Origin: Botryllus schlosseri
Taxonomy: Eukaryota
Assembly (NCBI GenBank): GCA_051294905.1
Contig: CM119371.1
Location: forward strand, 12,154,001 to 12,218,000
Direction: 5' to 3'
Length of the DNA stretch: 64,000 nucleotides
This document shows positions 25,165 through 38,504 of this stretch, piece by piece; position 1 is the stretch's first letter; every line of letters begins with the position of its first letter. A program made the position numbers and the translations under genes. The notes beneath the pieces were generated by a model. It was not told where the DNA came from. It ran no database searches and was given only the letters and a program-made list of their open reading frames with translations.

Positions 25165-27361
25165 GTGATGACTATCCGACTGCGGGAAATCATTTCCAAG
25201 TTCAACAACGAATTTATATAAATAATCATGTAACTGCTACATTTTCAGAGTCTGCGATTTTAAAACTTATCTTCGTAGTTTACGGAGTGGAAGTTATGAT
25301 AAGTGAAATGCAAGTCGTAAACCGACAGTGGTCGGATATAATTGGATTGGAATAATAATTTTTAATATCATTACTTTTCTTCATATGTGTGTGTTGCACA
25401 ACTTTGTTGTTTACAAGTAGATGTCGACCGGGTTTGGTCACAAACCATGAGTCATGAATCGCAATTTGAGATGTGAACAAAGACAGTTAACGATTTTCTG
25501 AGATTTTCTGATTTTCTGACAAATCGAGAGTATAGGCTCATTGTCATGGTTGTGGCAAGATTGCTACAGTAGGGAGGAGCATGATAAAAAAATTCCATAA
25601 AAGACTAAAGATTTCTATACCATACCATACTTGCATATTTCCATATCCGATACCGATACTTCGTTCCATACCATATACCCTACCCTGCCCTGGATGTGGG
25701 GTTGTGTTTAAATCAAATGGTTGTTTAAAACACTTTGTTTAAAACAGTGTTTTAAACAGAGTCATTTAAAAATGTGCTTTTGTTAAGTTGTATAATTATG
25801 CCATAAGTGTGTAAATACGTTCCAAAAACATGCTCTATGAGCCTACGGACGAATACCACCCGATATAACCGACGTATACGATATAGAATGGTTGGAACTC
25901 GCGAAATAGTGGGTTCAACGGTACGGAATGTATATTCAGATGACGGGTTGGAAGCCTATTTCGCTAAAGGAGCTATATTTACCCTATATTTTCAACTGCC
26001 GATGTAAATACACCATGACGCCACAATTGAATATTCGTGACGTCATTGCTTAAAAAGCACTACAGCAAAAAACATGTTTTAAACAAGAGCCTTGTTTTAA
26101 ACATGTTTATTTTGAATTGATTTTTGTAAACACAACCGAACCTGTATGCAATAATAAATGAGTATGTATCCACAATTTTCGATTACCCCACCTCCTCCCT
26201 TAAATCTACCGGCACATCTGATCACATGGATTGAGAGAGCTGGAAAAAAAATATAATAATATATGCAATTGCCAATATCATCGACCAAATTCAATTATGA
26301 ATTCATGAAAATGTTTACGCGAGCCGCGACCAGCTAACCGGGGCAGAAACAGCAACTCGTCAGGCCTCTCCCAAAATACGTTGGTCTTGCCCCCCCCCCC
26401 CCATAGAACGATAAATCAAACATACCCCACCCCGATAATGATACAACTTTTCGCCGCTACTTGTTGGCAAGATTTGTTTAACTCATTTCAGTGCGTCACT
26501 TAATCCAACCCAGGGTTTGACAATTATTTTTATCCGCAGGCCAAATGAGAAGCAGAAAATGCGCTGGCGGGGCGAGTCAAAAAATGTAGCCGTGTTCTCC
26601 AGCGAATTGATTTTATTTCTAAATTGACGGCTGTGAATTACACTGTTATTCAATGCTGCTTAGTGAATATGTCTGTGTTGATATTAGGGAATGAAAAAGT
26701 GCCGGTTAATCACCAAAAAGGAATATTTATTAGTTACATACTGAAGAATTAAATGGATGCCTCGAACGAAACTCGCATGATGCGCAAATACCAAGCTACT
26801 CCAGGAAATGCCGGACAATACTGACAACGTAAAAAAGTATTCCTACTGTGCAGAGCAGCAAAGCGAGGATTACACCATACTTTCTCAGCGATTGTCCGTT
26901 TTGGCCTGATGAAGATTAGCGATGAAAAATGGCACTTGCTCGTTATCAGGGATAAAAAAAGAAACGATTGAGGATTCCAATTATACCACTACTGACAACA
27001 TTGTATTGTAACTCCTCTATAAACTAGTTTTCAACCCTGGAGCTACTACACAGCTACATTGTGTAGATGTTCGGATCCAGGAATACCAATAGAAATCCCG
27101 TTGCCGACGAAATAACATAAACCAGTGGTAAAGAGTATTTCAAAGTGTCAAAGTAACGAGAAATAACGGTATTTCATAAAAGCCTATAGGGTCAATCAGA
27201 GCAATAATACAAATCATGATTATTTTAATTTTTTTTTTTAGTCATAATAATAACAATAAAAGAACATGTCACGAATGACGACCATGCTAATCGAGGAAAT
27301 GCAGCATATCGCATCAACTCAATAACGCGCGGCTGGGAATTACCATCCGCATAGTTTAAAA

Positions 27362-28253
27362 TAGGGGTTGCAAACATACGTCCCGCCAGACGATTTCATC
27401 CGGCCCGCGAGGCCATTCTGAGTAAATTAAAAAAACATCGTATCATCCAGCAAATTTCCAACAGAAGTTGAAATTGTTAGTTATAAATACTTTGACGCAA
27501 ATAATTATATTTCATCAAGACGGTAAATGTCGAGCATGTTCAAGCTCATGTTTCTAGGCGATAACCATCTGTCGACAGTGTTAAGTTCTCACTCTTGAAA
27601 GTAACCATAAGGAACACGTCGGTGACATTGTCATTGCATTATTCTGAGAAGGCAAAAATTGCACACTCTGTTCGGAACTTTCAGGCAAAATGGATCGAAT
27701 AATAGTTATATATCCACAGAGGCGGAATCGCTTCATGTAAAATACATGGAGACTGTAATAGCTACACGATGAATATAATTCAGATTTATTTGCTCACACT
27801 GCTGTTTACCTTACTTTGACCCGAAAAGCACCGCAGCCCCAGAGAAACTCGAATGATAAGTTGGTTGGTGATATAAAAATAATAGAGCACGTGCTGTTAA
27901 CAATATCTTGTGTCAGGGCCAACGACGCATCACGATCAAAACAACGGGAGCACAGAAATATTCCAACTTGTATCGTCATCAGAGCCACTGCTTGAGTGGT
28001 TTGTAACAGTAGTCAATCGGCTGATTATCGTATTTGTGCCAATTCCAATTGCTGCGAATGAATATGTTTCTCGAACAGAGCCCATAGTTTTCGTGATATA
28101 ATGTATAATACTATTGTGCTTGGAGTTGATGGCATTCCCGTGAAAACAAAGGTATGGATTTGGAGGTAATCTGTAATCATTGACTAGGCCGGCCGGCGAG
28201 CGATCAAAACTTTTGAATCAGGCCCGCGACCCAAGTTGAGTTTGACCCACCTG
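27362..28253. mobile_element. Non-autonomous hAT (Buster/Charlie-like) element
   Basis: TAGGGGTTGCAAAC...GTTTGACCCACCTG, GGCCCG subterminal motifs, perfect TSD GTTTAAAA (27354-27361, 28254-28261). Confidence 0.75.
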
Positions 28254-28275
28254 GTTTAAAATGTTTAACCTCACC

Positions 28276-28670
28276 CAGGGCTGTGGAGTCGGTAAATTTT
28301 ACCACCGACTCCGGCTCCGACTCCACACATTTTCAATATACCGACCCCGACTCCGACTCCGACTTCTGAGTCTTTAAACGTACCGACTCCGACTCCGACT
28401 CCTGGGTCTTTAAAGGTACCGACTCCGACTCCGACTCCTGACTCCGACTCCAGCATTATTACCAATTTACTTCGAAAATTATATGCTACATTGTCGGTTG
28501 AATGACTATCATACAACCATTAAACATATGCAAACATATGATTAACGGTGGCATGCTATATTGTTTCATTGTGGCACAGCTCGAATTATCCACCATGCAA
28601 TTAACATGAAAAAAGATTTGCTAAATATCCTTCTTTTTCAAGTTTTTATAACATGGATTCTTTAATATCG
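28276..28670. mobile_element. Left part only of a (CCGACT)n element
   Basis: Colinear with 21686-22010; breaks off abruptly at the RT fragment that starts near 28679. Confidence 0.8.
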
Positions 28671-28678
28671 GTCAATAT

Positions 28679-29230
28679 ATGGCCCACTTTTTCAACTTCA
28701 TGACAACAAATGGAGTCTACCCGAACTATCTAAAAAACGCCAGAGTAGTCCCTGTACACAAAGCTCGGGATAGAACTAATGTCACCAACTACCGTCTGAT
28801 ATCCGTTCTCCCATGCATCGGGGTTGTATTCAAAAAGTTGCTCCTCTCCCGCCTATCCTCATTCCTCGCCAAAATGTCTGTCATTACCCCTCAACAATTT
28901 GGCTTCCGAAACAAAGACCAAACCGCTCATGCCCTCCTAACATTGGCCGAACTGTATTATGATATCTCAGAGAAGCGAAATTGGGATGTAGCATTTTTCT
29001 CGATCTAAAAAATGCGTTCGACTGCGTAGATCATAAAATTCTCATCTCGAAATTGGCGCGTTACGGACTCCGGGGCCCACAGCTTGAGCTCATGAAAAGT
29101 TACCTCATTGGATATCCACAAATAGTTGCGATCTTAAACACCTTGTCCTCTCCTCAGCTGGTGACCTGTGTGATGTACCCTAGGGCTCAGTACTTGGACG
29201 AGTCCTCTCCACCTTATATATTAACGCCTA
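28679..29230 (+). pseudogene. CR1-group LINE reverse transcriptase fragment
   Basis: LKNARVVPVHK...NYRLISVLP...QQFGFR, frameshift, IFLDLKNAFDCVDHKILISKLARYGLRG, then a degenerate VPxGSVLG...LYIN. Confidence 0.85.
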
Positions 29231-32200
29231 TGTCGATGCATCGATGGAAAGTGGCCATCAGTCAATGATATATGGAAATTCCAATAGTGAACTCCCCGCT
29301 CATTTCGTTGATATTCGGCGTTCCAGGTCGCTCTGCAGTTTTGACGTACTTTGGCTTTCGCCTCAGCGAGGCTAATTTCGTCTGGAAGCGTCTGAGAGGG
29401 GGTATTTTCGATATCGGTCCTGGCAGCTTGCCAAGCCAATTTATCGGCTAACTCATTACCAGCGATATCAGCATGCCCCGGTACCCAGGCCAGGACAACG
29501 ATGGCGCCTTTCTGAACCGCTCGATTCAGCAATCGACCACATTCAAATATAACATTCTGCGTTTGCTGTGCCTGCAAGTTGGTCATAGCGGATAGTACAC
29601 TCAGGCTGTCCGAAAGAATCACATATGTTTGATGGTATGAGCCATTCTGGCAGATCCATTTTAGAGCGTGGAGAATGGCTTGTGCTTCTATAGAAAATAT
29701 TGACTTTAGGGCGGAACACGGCTGAGAAAAGTTTATCATCAGCGACGGGATGGTAAATGCAAAACCGGCTCCTTCTGCTGATTTAGAGCCGTCAGTGTAT
29801 ATTTCAGTGGCATCATTATATCGCTCGAATATTAAGTCCAGGACTATGGGTTTATGTGACAGAGGTGCGATATCTTTTTTAATGATTTTGGCAAGGTCTA
29901 GATCAATGGTACGTGATTGCATCAGCCATGGAGGAAAATCTGGAAGAGTTTTTCTTTCCAGGACAAGGTTATTCAGAGACTCGACATTAGTGGCGATGTT
30001 GAAGGTAATGAATTTTGGGTTCATGAGGCTATATATCTCCTGCCAGGAGTCTTCAAGCACTACTAATGTTAGGTGTTCGTGAGCCTGGTAACGTCTAAGG
30101 TGGCAGCGATAGTTAAGGCTTAGCTGTTTGTGGCGTAGATGGAGAGGAAGTTCGTCACATGATGCTTCCAGTGCACAAATGGCGGTGCTGCGCATTGCGC
30201 CGCAGCAGAGGCGGATAGCTTGATTTCGTATGGTGCGTAACTTGTACAGATACTTTTTTGGGGCGAAGTAATATGCTGGTAACCCATAGTCAATAAGTGA
30301 GCGTATCAGCGCCCTGAAAAGCTGCAGCAATGGTTTTTTGCTCGCTCCCCATGTGGTACCAGTCACGACTCTGATTAAATTCAGTCTGTTGGCGCACTTT
30401 TTGGAAATCGTATCGATATGTTGCTTACAGTTCAGCAATTTGTCAAACGTGATACAGAAATATTTGTAGGTGTCGACAAATTCAAGTTCATGGTCACCAG
30501 TTTTCAAGATGAGTGGAGGAATTTTCCTTTTCTTCGTGAACAGCATGCCTACGGTCTTGGCCTTACTGATGGTAAACCCCCATCTGGAACACCAGTCGCT
30601 TATTACATCGAGTGATGATTGAATGGAAGACAAGAGGGGCTTGATAAGAAGACCGCTATCCCAAACAGCGTAGTCATCTGCGAACACCGCATGTTCAGAC
30701 CGATGACCTAACGAGCTCGGTAAATCATTGATCATAATCGCAAACAGCAGAGGGCTGAGAACGCTTCACTGGGGTATACCGTTCTGCTGTACGTAACTGT
30801 CGGAAAGAGTGTTTCCTACGGTCACCTGGAAAGTTCTGTCAGAAAGGAAATTTGTAATCCATCGGTGCATGTGTCCGCGTATTCCGAGTTGGTATAGTTT
30901 GTACAGAAGTGCGTGGCGCCACACCATGTCGTAGGCTCGACTTATGTCTAAGAAAACCGCTACCACCGACCGCTGATGATGAATATTCTTGTAAATCGTG
31001 TCGTGGAGACGGAGTATGTGGTACTGGGTGCTTCGACCACGCCGGAAGCCGGACTGTGAGGGGTGTATCAGATTTTTCGACTCCAAATCCCATCTTAAGC
31101 GATTGGTGACCATTACTCCCATGACTTTACAAATGTGATTCGTGAGAGATATAGGGCGGTACGAGTCCGCCGAGGTAGGATCTTTGCCCTTTTTGGCAAT
31201 TGGGCAGACTATAGCATGTTTCCACGAGACTGGAAATTTCCCCGTCTCCAAGGATGCATTGTATAGTTTCAAAAGATCGGTGCGACCGGAGGATGATAGA
31301 TTTTTTTTAACATCGCATACCCTATGGAACCCTCCCCGGGTGAAGTGGATTTTCGGGTTTTTCGGGTACGCAAAGCTTGATTTAGTTCGTCAAGAGTGAA
31401 TTCGATGTTTGTATGTTCGAATTCCTGTGCCGATCTGGTTCGTTGTCAGCGGTAAGATGAACCGTGTTTTCAAAGTTAGCCTTCGTTATACGAAATCCGG
31501 CTGGGTAGTTGTCGGAGCTGCTCGTTTTAGCGAATTGTGAAGCCAGTGTATTAGCTTTGGTTTTGTTATTTTATGAAATGGATCCGTTCAACTTCAGCGT
31601 TAGTATGGAATTGAACGCATGCATCCCCGACATAGATCGCATAACGTGCCATACTTTCGATATCTGTGTACGGGAGTCCAGTGTACCACAAAAATCCTCC
31701 CAGCATTTGCGTTTAGCAGAAAGGATGGTTTTTCGACATTCGGCTCTCATACGTTTGAAGGCGATCACGTCTCGAATGTGAATAGTACGTTTCATTTTCA
31801 AGTAAGTAGCCCTTTTCGTGCGCACAGCACGAGTACATTCCACGTTCCACCAAGGTACGGCTATTTTCGTTGATATTTTTGGACGTGGGATCGACTCTCC
31901 CCCCGCTAAAAGTAGGCTATTTGTGAAATGGCGGTGGAGGCCTTCAGTGTCCCCCATAGCAACGAAGTTGGATTGGAGGTGGAAATCCGCAGCAGCCGAG
32001 AAGGCTGACCAGTTCGCCTTACTGTAATCCCATCTTCGTTTTGATGAATTGCACGACGCCTTATTATTGTATGTGATCTGGACTACAACGTGATCACTAC
32101 CTATAAGCTTGTCGGTTACTGTTGTGGCACATCTCGCCACAATATCCCGAGACGACATCGACAGGTCAAGAAGTGACCAGCGATGGAGGGCATCACACGC

Positions 32201-32725
32201 TATATTCATACGAGTGGGTGACGATGAATTCAACCGGACAAGGTCGTTTCTATCCATTATTTCGCAGAGTTGGTTGCCACGTGCATTTGTCGATTGACTC
32301 CATAAAGAATGGTGCGCATTGAAGTCGCCGCATATAATGGAGCGTGATGACAAAGAGTCAAATATCCTAAAGTCACTAGCTGTAGTTTCACAGTCCGGGG
32401 GTATGTAGACGTTGCATATGTTCAAGTTCCCTACTCGCACACATAGTACCTCAGAAACGGATGACGAGACATTGTTTGAAAGAGACGCATTGAGCGATGC
32501 TCGGACAAAAGTGGCAATGCCGCCCGAGTGCAACGTCTTATCACGGCGGAATAGTTGGTACCCACCTAGTTTTGGTGTGTACTTTTGGACAAGATGGGAT
32601 TCTTGAATAAGAATAACGTATGGTGGAATGGTTAAGGTTGACAAGTAATGCTTAAATTCGTGTAGTTTGCGATAGATGCCCCTGCAGTTCCACTGTAAAA
32701 GGACTAAAGAGTTGTGATTATCTAT
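29221..32725 (-). pseudogene. LINE ORF2 (AP endonuclease - reverse transcriptase - RNase H), disrupted
   Basis: QWNCRG, IQESH, GDFNAHH, GSDH (APE); YRPISLT, QSGFR, FLDISRAYD, GIPQ*SVLSP, FADD (RT); YTDGSK, SIEAQAI, ILSDSLS, WVPGHADIAGNELAD (RNase H). Stops at 31571 and 30766, a frameshift near 31300-31480, and the expected start codon reads ATA. Confidence 0.93.
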
Positions 32726-33691
32726 TTAAAGTGTTATTTGACGTCTTGGAGGGAGTGTCTTCGGTTTCCGAAGCTTTTCGTGACATTCTTCAAAGAGACT
32801 GGGTCAACAGAAAATCCCAAATATTTGCTGGCAGCTTTGGCTACAATATTATATAGAACGGTACCACTATCGCTAGATTTGTAAGCAGTTACAGTTATCT
32901 TAACGATTTCAGCAATCAGCGCGAGGAGGACTACGGGGTCAATAGAAGCAAGCCCGCTTGTTGCGTTTTCGACTGTGGGGTTGGCAGCAGTTCGAGAGGG
33001 TGGTGGTTGTCGCCAGTGGCGCAGGTCACCGTCGTTGGGTTGTGGGGTGGTAGGTCTGCAACTCCGACCACGGGTTAGTATATTCCTATAATTAGGTCAC
33101 TGCGGGTATGGCTTCGAGATCGTGTGTGCGTTAAGTCTGTTGGGGGCAGGATCGTCTACGATTACCGACTCATGGTACTCGGACATGGACTCGGGAGTTT
33201 CCTTGGGTTGTGCGAGGAACATATGATATCCCTCTCTAAGAGCATTAATTTTTGCTTCTTCCTTATATATTATGCAACCGCCATATGCAGCGCTGTGTTC
33301 CGCGTTGCAATTTACACATTTTGTTGTTGTTTGAACAGTCATCGTACGTGTGATCACGGCCACCGCATTTGGAGCAGCAACGTTTTCCGCGACAGTGCTT
33401 GGCGACATGCCCAAAGCGATTGCATTGGAAGCATCTCGTTGGCGGTGGATTGTATTGTCTGGTTTTAAAACGGAGATAGTGGAACATAACGTGCGATGGA
33501 ATCGTGACCGTGCCATTTTTAGTTTTTTTGGTGAGCCTTTTCACATGAATTACATTCATGCTGCGAAAACTTTCTAAGAGCTCCTGTTCAGATATTTCGA
33601 CAGGTACTCCGGGGATAACTGCGCGATTTGCGTACGGTCTGGGTTGAAAGATTGATGTCTTAATTTTAATGTTTGTCGATGCTGACTTCAT
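32726..33691 (-). pseudogene. LINE ORF1, gag-like with zinc knuckles, frameshifted
   Basis: CFQCNRFGHVAKHC, CSKCGGRDHTYDDC and (after a frameshift) CVNCNAEHSAAYGGC; AVIPGVPVEISEQELLESF N-terminal block. Confidence 0.88.
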
Positions 33692-33721
33692 TCTAATGCA
33701 TCAACCAAAAAGTTGATAAAA

Positions 33722-33805
33722 TGCGAACAACGGGACTTGAACCGACGCCCAATATATCACCATGATCAGGGAATAGCAGCCTGACTAACTGAGCTACTCG
33801 GAAGG
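33722..33805 (-). promoter_or_regulatory. tRNA-like RNA polymerase III A/B-box module abutting LINE ORF1
   Basis: A box TAGCTCAGTTAG (33796-33785) and B box GGTTCAAGTCC (33743-33733), followed by T4 and T5 runs. No convincing full cloverleaf. Confidence 0.65.
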
Positions 33806-34481
33806 CTCAGGCGAGTGAGGTGACGATGATATTGAAACAAGTCTACGCGATTTCTCAAAAGTGAAAGAGAAATTTGTTTTTCGTTTTCATGTGACGTGAT
33901 ACATAATCCTTCCCATGGTGAATGACCACGTGGTTGTCTTACATATCCATTTCAGCATTCAAACAAGGCATTACTGAGCTCTATACCTTTACGCAGTCGA
34001 ACCCACCGCGACTGGGAAGTTTTCGTTCTCAACATTACTCACGGCCGCCGCTGATTACGTCATCGCAATAGAGGCAACGCGCCTTGTAATTAGTGTTTAT
34101 TTGGCTTTGCCTGGCCCAGTTATATAAGTCCAAATCCGTGTTACTGATCTTATAGATACTATTGATCGCACATAACTAACAAAATGTTCAATTTGCAGCT
34201 GCACAAGGCCATCGTAAGTAAATATAAGGCCTTGTTTGACACTTCTCATAGGCGCGCGATTTCTCGTGTTGCCTCATTTCATATCAGTTTGAAACGTGTT
34301 CTACACATCGAATGTAAGATGCAGGTTTGTCATCATATTGGCATATGATCAACATCTATTCATTGAAGTCTACAGTAACTTCGTATAACATATATAAAAC
34401 GGATGATTCAACTGTCTGTATGATGTTGTTATTACAGGCGCGAGTACCGTAGGCTACTCGCGTAACTTACACACCCATGTC

Positions 34482-35811
34482 CAGGCCGTGTTATTTTTGG
34501 CATTTCAGGAGCCAGATGCCAAAACTGCCAAAAATAAAAATTTGAAAATGCCAAAAATAACACGGCCTGCCAAATGGTGCATTTCGTTCATGGTGTTGTG
34601 TTAACAGGACCGCGTTACAAGCGAGAAGAGCGTTTGTGAAAGGCAGGTTTCTTAATCTGGGTTCAGCCCACCCATTAGGGGTGAAAGCATGGTGTCCTAA
34701 ATGGTGTGGGCACAGCGAGATTGAACGGCTGACTGCATTTGGTTTATATCATACTTTCCATTTGTCCTAAGGCAATTTTACGACTATTTTTGACCGGCTT
34801 GCCGAGCGCTAAATTTGATAAAACGGGTATCAATGAGAAGCTACCGCAGTACTGATTATTAAAATATAAATTATATTCTGCTCAGGGAACTGGAACCCCC
34901 AAAATCAACTACGATTTTTGCATTGTGATCGAGTTGAACATTGTGACGCAACAAACTGTGTGGCTATTTCCGAGCTGCATAGTCTCGTTTTGCCAGACAG
35001 TCTTGTTGCGTCAATGTTCTTGAAATAGCTAACCTTCCCAGGACTCTTCCATGCGAGTTGGTAATATTAAAGCCACCTGAAGTGACAAAAGTCCTCAGAA
35101 AATATATCGGTAGACTGAAAGAGAAACGATAGTCGGGCTACTAAATAGAATGTGTAGAGAGACAACACAGGAAACTCCTGGAAAAGGATCGGGAAGAAAA
35201 TTCTTTCCGCGATGAGATCGATGGCACTGGTGAAGTGATCTATTTTCATGATGCATGGAAGCCGGTTCGGCCCTCCAAAGATTTTGAAGCTCTGAAAACC
35301 TTTTGTGGATGACTGGCAACATTCTTTCCCTCAACGGCTACTGCTGAAGCCGATATTTCCCAGATTCGCTGGGCGAGAAATTAATTCAGGAGAAACTTGG
35401 CTGACCTGAGTTTGGAAGCACTGTTACAGTGCAAACGATTTAAGTCTATTCAAAAGCTGTAACAATCAACTGTGGAGCGTGTTTGTTAGGCTTTCTTTCT
35501 TTTTTTGCTTATTGGCATCGATTCCGATCGATACTGTACATTTTGTGGTTTCGTTTGATATTATTAACCTATGAAATCGTTAGGTTTTTTTCTTCTTCTT
35601 ATTGTTCGTAGGCACTGATTATACGTGGATGCTGCAAATTTTGTGGTGTCTTTTGACAAACTGGCCCAAATAAAGCGTTTTTGTGACTAATTCGAGGCTG
35701 AAACTATCTATTTAGAGGACGATGCCAAAACTGCCAAAAATAAAAATCGAAAAATGCCAAAAATAAGTTATTTTTGGCAGTTTTGGCATATGCCAAAAAT
35801 AACACGGCCTG
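34482..35811. mobile_element. Non-autonomous TIR element with GCCAAAA repeats
   Basis: TIR CAGGCCGTGTTATTTTTGGCA...TGCCAAAAATAACACGGCCTG; perfect TSD CCCATGTC; an extra right-TIR copy ends at 34569. Confidence 0.85.
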
Positions 35812-36559
35812 CCCATGTCTGCAGTGTTTAGCACTGGCGTCGGGTAACTTATGTAAGACCAACCTTCGTGATACTGACCTTGTTGAAGTGTTATGGACTG
35901 CATCTAACTATGTGTGTGACATTCAACTGTATAAGGCAATCGTAAGTGAATGTATATGGCCTTATGCGGCAATATGCTCAGTGCTCACGCGTGCGCGGCA
36001 TTTTCACGTAACAGAATATTGCGATATTTCACATCAATTTGAAGCGTGTTCTATCCAACTAATTCCCGATATTATGGTTTCAATGAACTCTTGCGATCAA
36101 CAACTACTCTAAAACGACAACTGTGTCTGTTTACGACGCGTAGAACGAAAGATATAAAGGATTATAACCAGGGTTGCCATCGACATGGACCCAAAAATAA
36201 GGACGGTCGAAAAATTAGATTAGCATTAAAAAGCGTTTTTGTGCATACTTTGTTTGTATTTATACGAGCTTCGGCATATCACATGCAATTCATCTTATTG
36301 CTAATAATTTCGTCATTTTAATTCACCACGAGACTGCGATACAATGAAAGATAGGAAGGTGTCAAAACGACTTGGAGTAGTCTTCGAAATCAGACCCCCA
36401 CCTGGCCTAGGCGATGTTAAAAGGAGGCATGCGCACTGAATGAAAAGTAAAAGAAGATACTATAAAAGGACGGGAGACAAAAAGTGGCATGTGTCGGAAG
36501 CCGAGATCGATATGTCAGGTCGTGGTCCGGTAAACAAGAGGGCTGACTAAGATTTATTC

Positions 36560-36990
36560 AATATAAATTGTTTGTACTTCGACTTGAATGCGGACAGGGC
36601 TTGCTCGATGACGGTCGGATAGCCGGCGAGATATTGTTGTACAAATTGTGTCCGGCATATTTGATTGAGCGATGATCTTTTTTGTCTACCATATGGTAGT
36701 TGTGCGACGTGGACTGGACGCGCGTGTGTCGTGCATATTTGATACCGAGGTAAAGAATTTATTGAAGATTTTGGGGCAGTGACACTGATACATAAACTTG
36801 GTTATTTCTAGTTTCCGCATATCTTTTATATTTAGAACACCAAATATTTTGAGCAGTGATTTGCATGATACGCATCCCGGTCCCTTTGGGGCCCTGGCTA
36901 TGATACGGAGAACCTGATGCTGTGGTTTTTGCAGTGGCTTCAGTCCGCTAGCACTGGCAGCCTCTCCCAACAGATAATGCCATATTGTTA
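36560..36990 (-). pseudogene. CR1-group LINE ORF2 C-terminal fragment
   Basis: YGIICWG, then LKPLQKPQHQVLRII...SCKSLLKIFGVLNIKDMRKLEITKFMY...HDTR, typical of CR1-group 3' ends. Confidence 0.7.
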
Positions 36991-37107
36991 CTTTGATTGG
37001 AATACTTTTGCCAGAAACAATCCGCTCCAGCCACTATTTGTCATTAGAAAGGGTCTCATGAATCTCACGACAGCTGAGGTCTAGGTTTACCTTTACTGGG
37101 ATTAGAC

Positions 37108-38504
37108 CAGTGGCTCCCAACGTGGGCGATTTGGCGGTCTAGGGGGGCGACAATGACGAAGGGGGCGAGAGGGGAGCGAAAATGGACAAAGGGGGCGACG
37201 GGGGGCGAAAATAGCGAAGGGGGCGATAGAGGGCGATGACTAGGGCCATTTTTAAAATGACCGTAAAAAATCAATTATATGACTTTAATTTATGGAAAAT
37301 ATGACTTTATATGACTTTATGAGAAAATAGTGTATTTTTACATGTAACCAACGTCACTCATGGAACTGACGAGTAACACATACACAACATAACAGTAATA
37401 CGCATCCATTTTTATTTTAAACCACTGTTGTAGTACAGTTTCATGTAGTGTGGAATGTTGGAGTCTTTAAAGTGACAATTTGGACATAAAAATGACTTTA
37501 GTAAGGAAAATGAGCGCTCCGCAGACGCTGATGTGGGTTTACACTTCTGCAGTTTTGCATTCAGCGCTGGTGAAATGTCTTGCCTTTGTAGCTTCATAAT
37601 TTGTTTCACATCGATTTTGTCCAATCGCTTCTTAATGTAATTTTTGAGCTCCAAGCGGATCTTTTCTGAAATCAAGGGCATTTAGATCAGCATTAGCCTC
37701 TCTGATGGTGTACGTACAACTTTCCATTTTCAGTATCAAGTTTGAAATATTGTTGTAGTGGAGGCATATTTCGGTGACCAATTCTTCAATTATTCATTAT
37801 AGTGGTGCCCACCATAAATACTATTTTATTCAAATCCAAATGTATTTATATATAAGTAGACCAGGATAGTGCCTGTTAGCCTGCCTGCCCACTGACTGAA
37901 CTTCAATTGACGTCCTACTTCAGTGCACAGAAACATATTGTGTAGCTACACAATGCAATGTGTGACCTCATAGGTCTGTGACTGTAGCGTTATGTAGGCT
38001 AACCTTACAGCTTGCCTTCGTTCAATCAGAAATTGCCCTACTTTATTAGTGCTTTAGTGCTTAATTGCTTCACCGCTTATGTTGGCACTTTTTATTTAAA
38101 GTATACAACAACATGACTTTATAACTCAAATATGACCTAAACAGGAAAATATGACTTTATAACTTTCCTAATATACCCCATAGGGACGTGGTTTTCGCGC
38201 CAAAATTGATTTCACGACTTACTGATGCATAGAAAAAAATATGACTTTAATGACTTTAAATGGCCCTAGCGATGACGCGTCAAAACAGCTGACCTATTTT
38301 TTTTAGTTAGTCAACCCACGAAAATTTAGTTACAACAGTGTCAAATTAGGCTTTGAGCCGTAAAGTTGACCTTTTTATTTTTTAGTCAACCCGCCGGTGA
38401 TTACAGTTTGTATGCCCAATCTTCGGTACACAAAATTTGGGGGGCGATGATCGGTGTGGAGCTTGAAAACGGGGAGATGGGGCGAAAAAAGTTGGGAACC
38501 ACTG
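37108..38504. mobile_element. hAT (Buster/Charlie-like) MITE with GGGGCGA repeats, interrupted by 37241-38268
   Basis: CAGTGGCTCCCAAC...GTTGGGAACCACTG; perfect TSD GATTAGAC; uninterrupted sister copy at 47190-47545. Confidence 0.88.
37241..38268 (-). mobile_element. Deleted hAT-like element retaining a transposase C-terminus
   Basis: TIR TAGGGCCATTT...AAATGGCCCTA; perfect TSD GCGATGAC; ORF 37412-37681 contains PTSASAERSFSLLK (hAT dimerisation-domain-like). Confidence 0.85.

Larger units (their letters stand above)
29270..33805 (-). mobile_element. I-group (Nimb/I-like) non-LTR retrotransposon, decayed and 3'-truncated
   Basis: Gag-like ORF1 with three CCHC knuckles followed by ORF2 with APE, RT and RNase H. 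No 3' tail or TSD seen. Boundaries approximate. Confidence 0.9.

Noticed and set aside
27806..28101. ORFs with a gtaagg donor as host exons
   Set aside because: They lie inside the TSD-bounded element 27362-28253.
28271..28516. Gly-Val repeat ORF (also the Pro-Thr ORF 24381-24584 and WYGM-repeat ORFs)
   Set aside because: These are translations of MITE subterminal repeats.
29221..30735. 504-aa ORF as an intact or domesticated RT-RNase H gene
   Set aside because: It is the part of LINE ORF2 downstream of a stop in the PQG motif, lacks the N-terminal RT motifs, and runs off into unrelated sequence.
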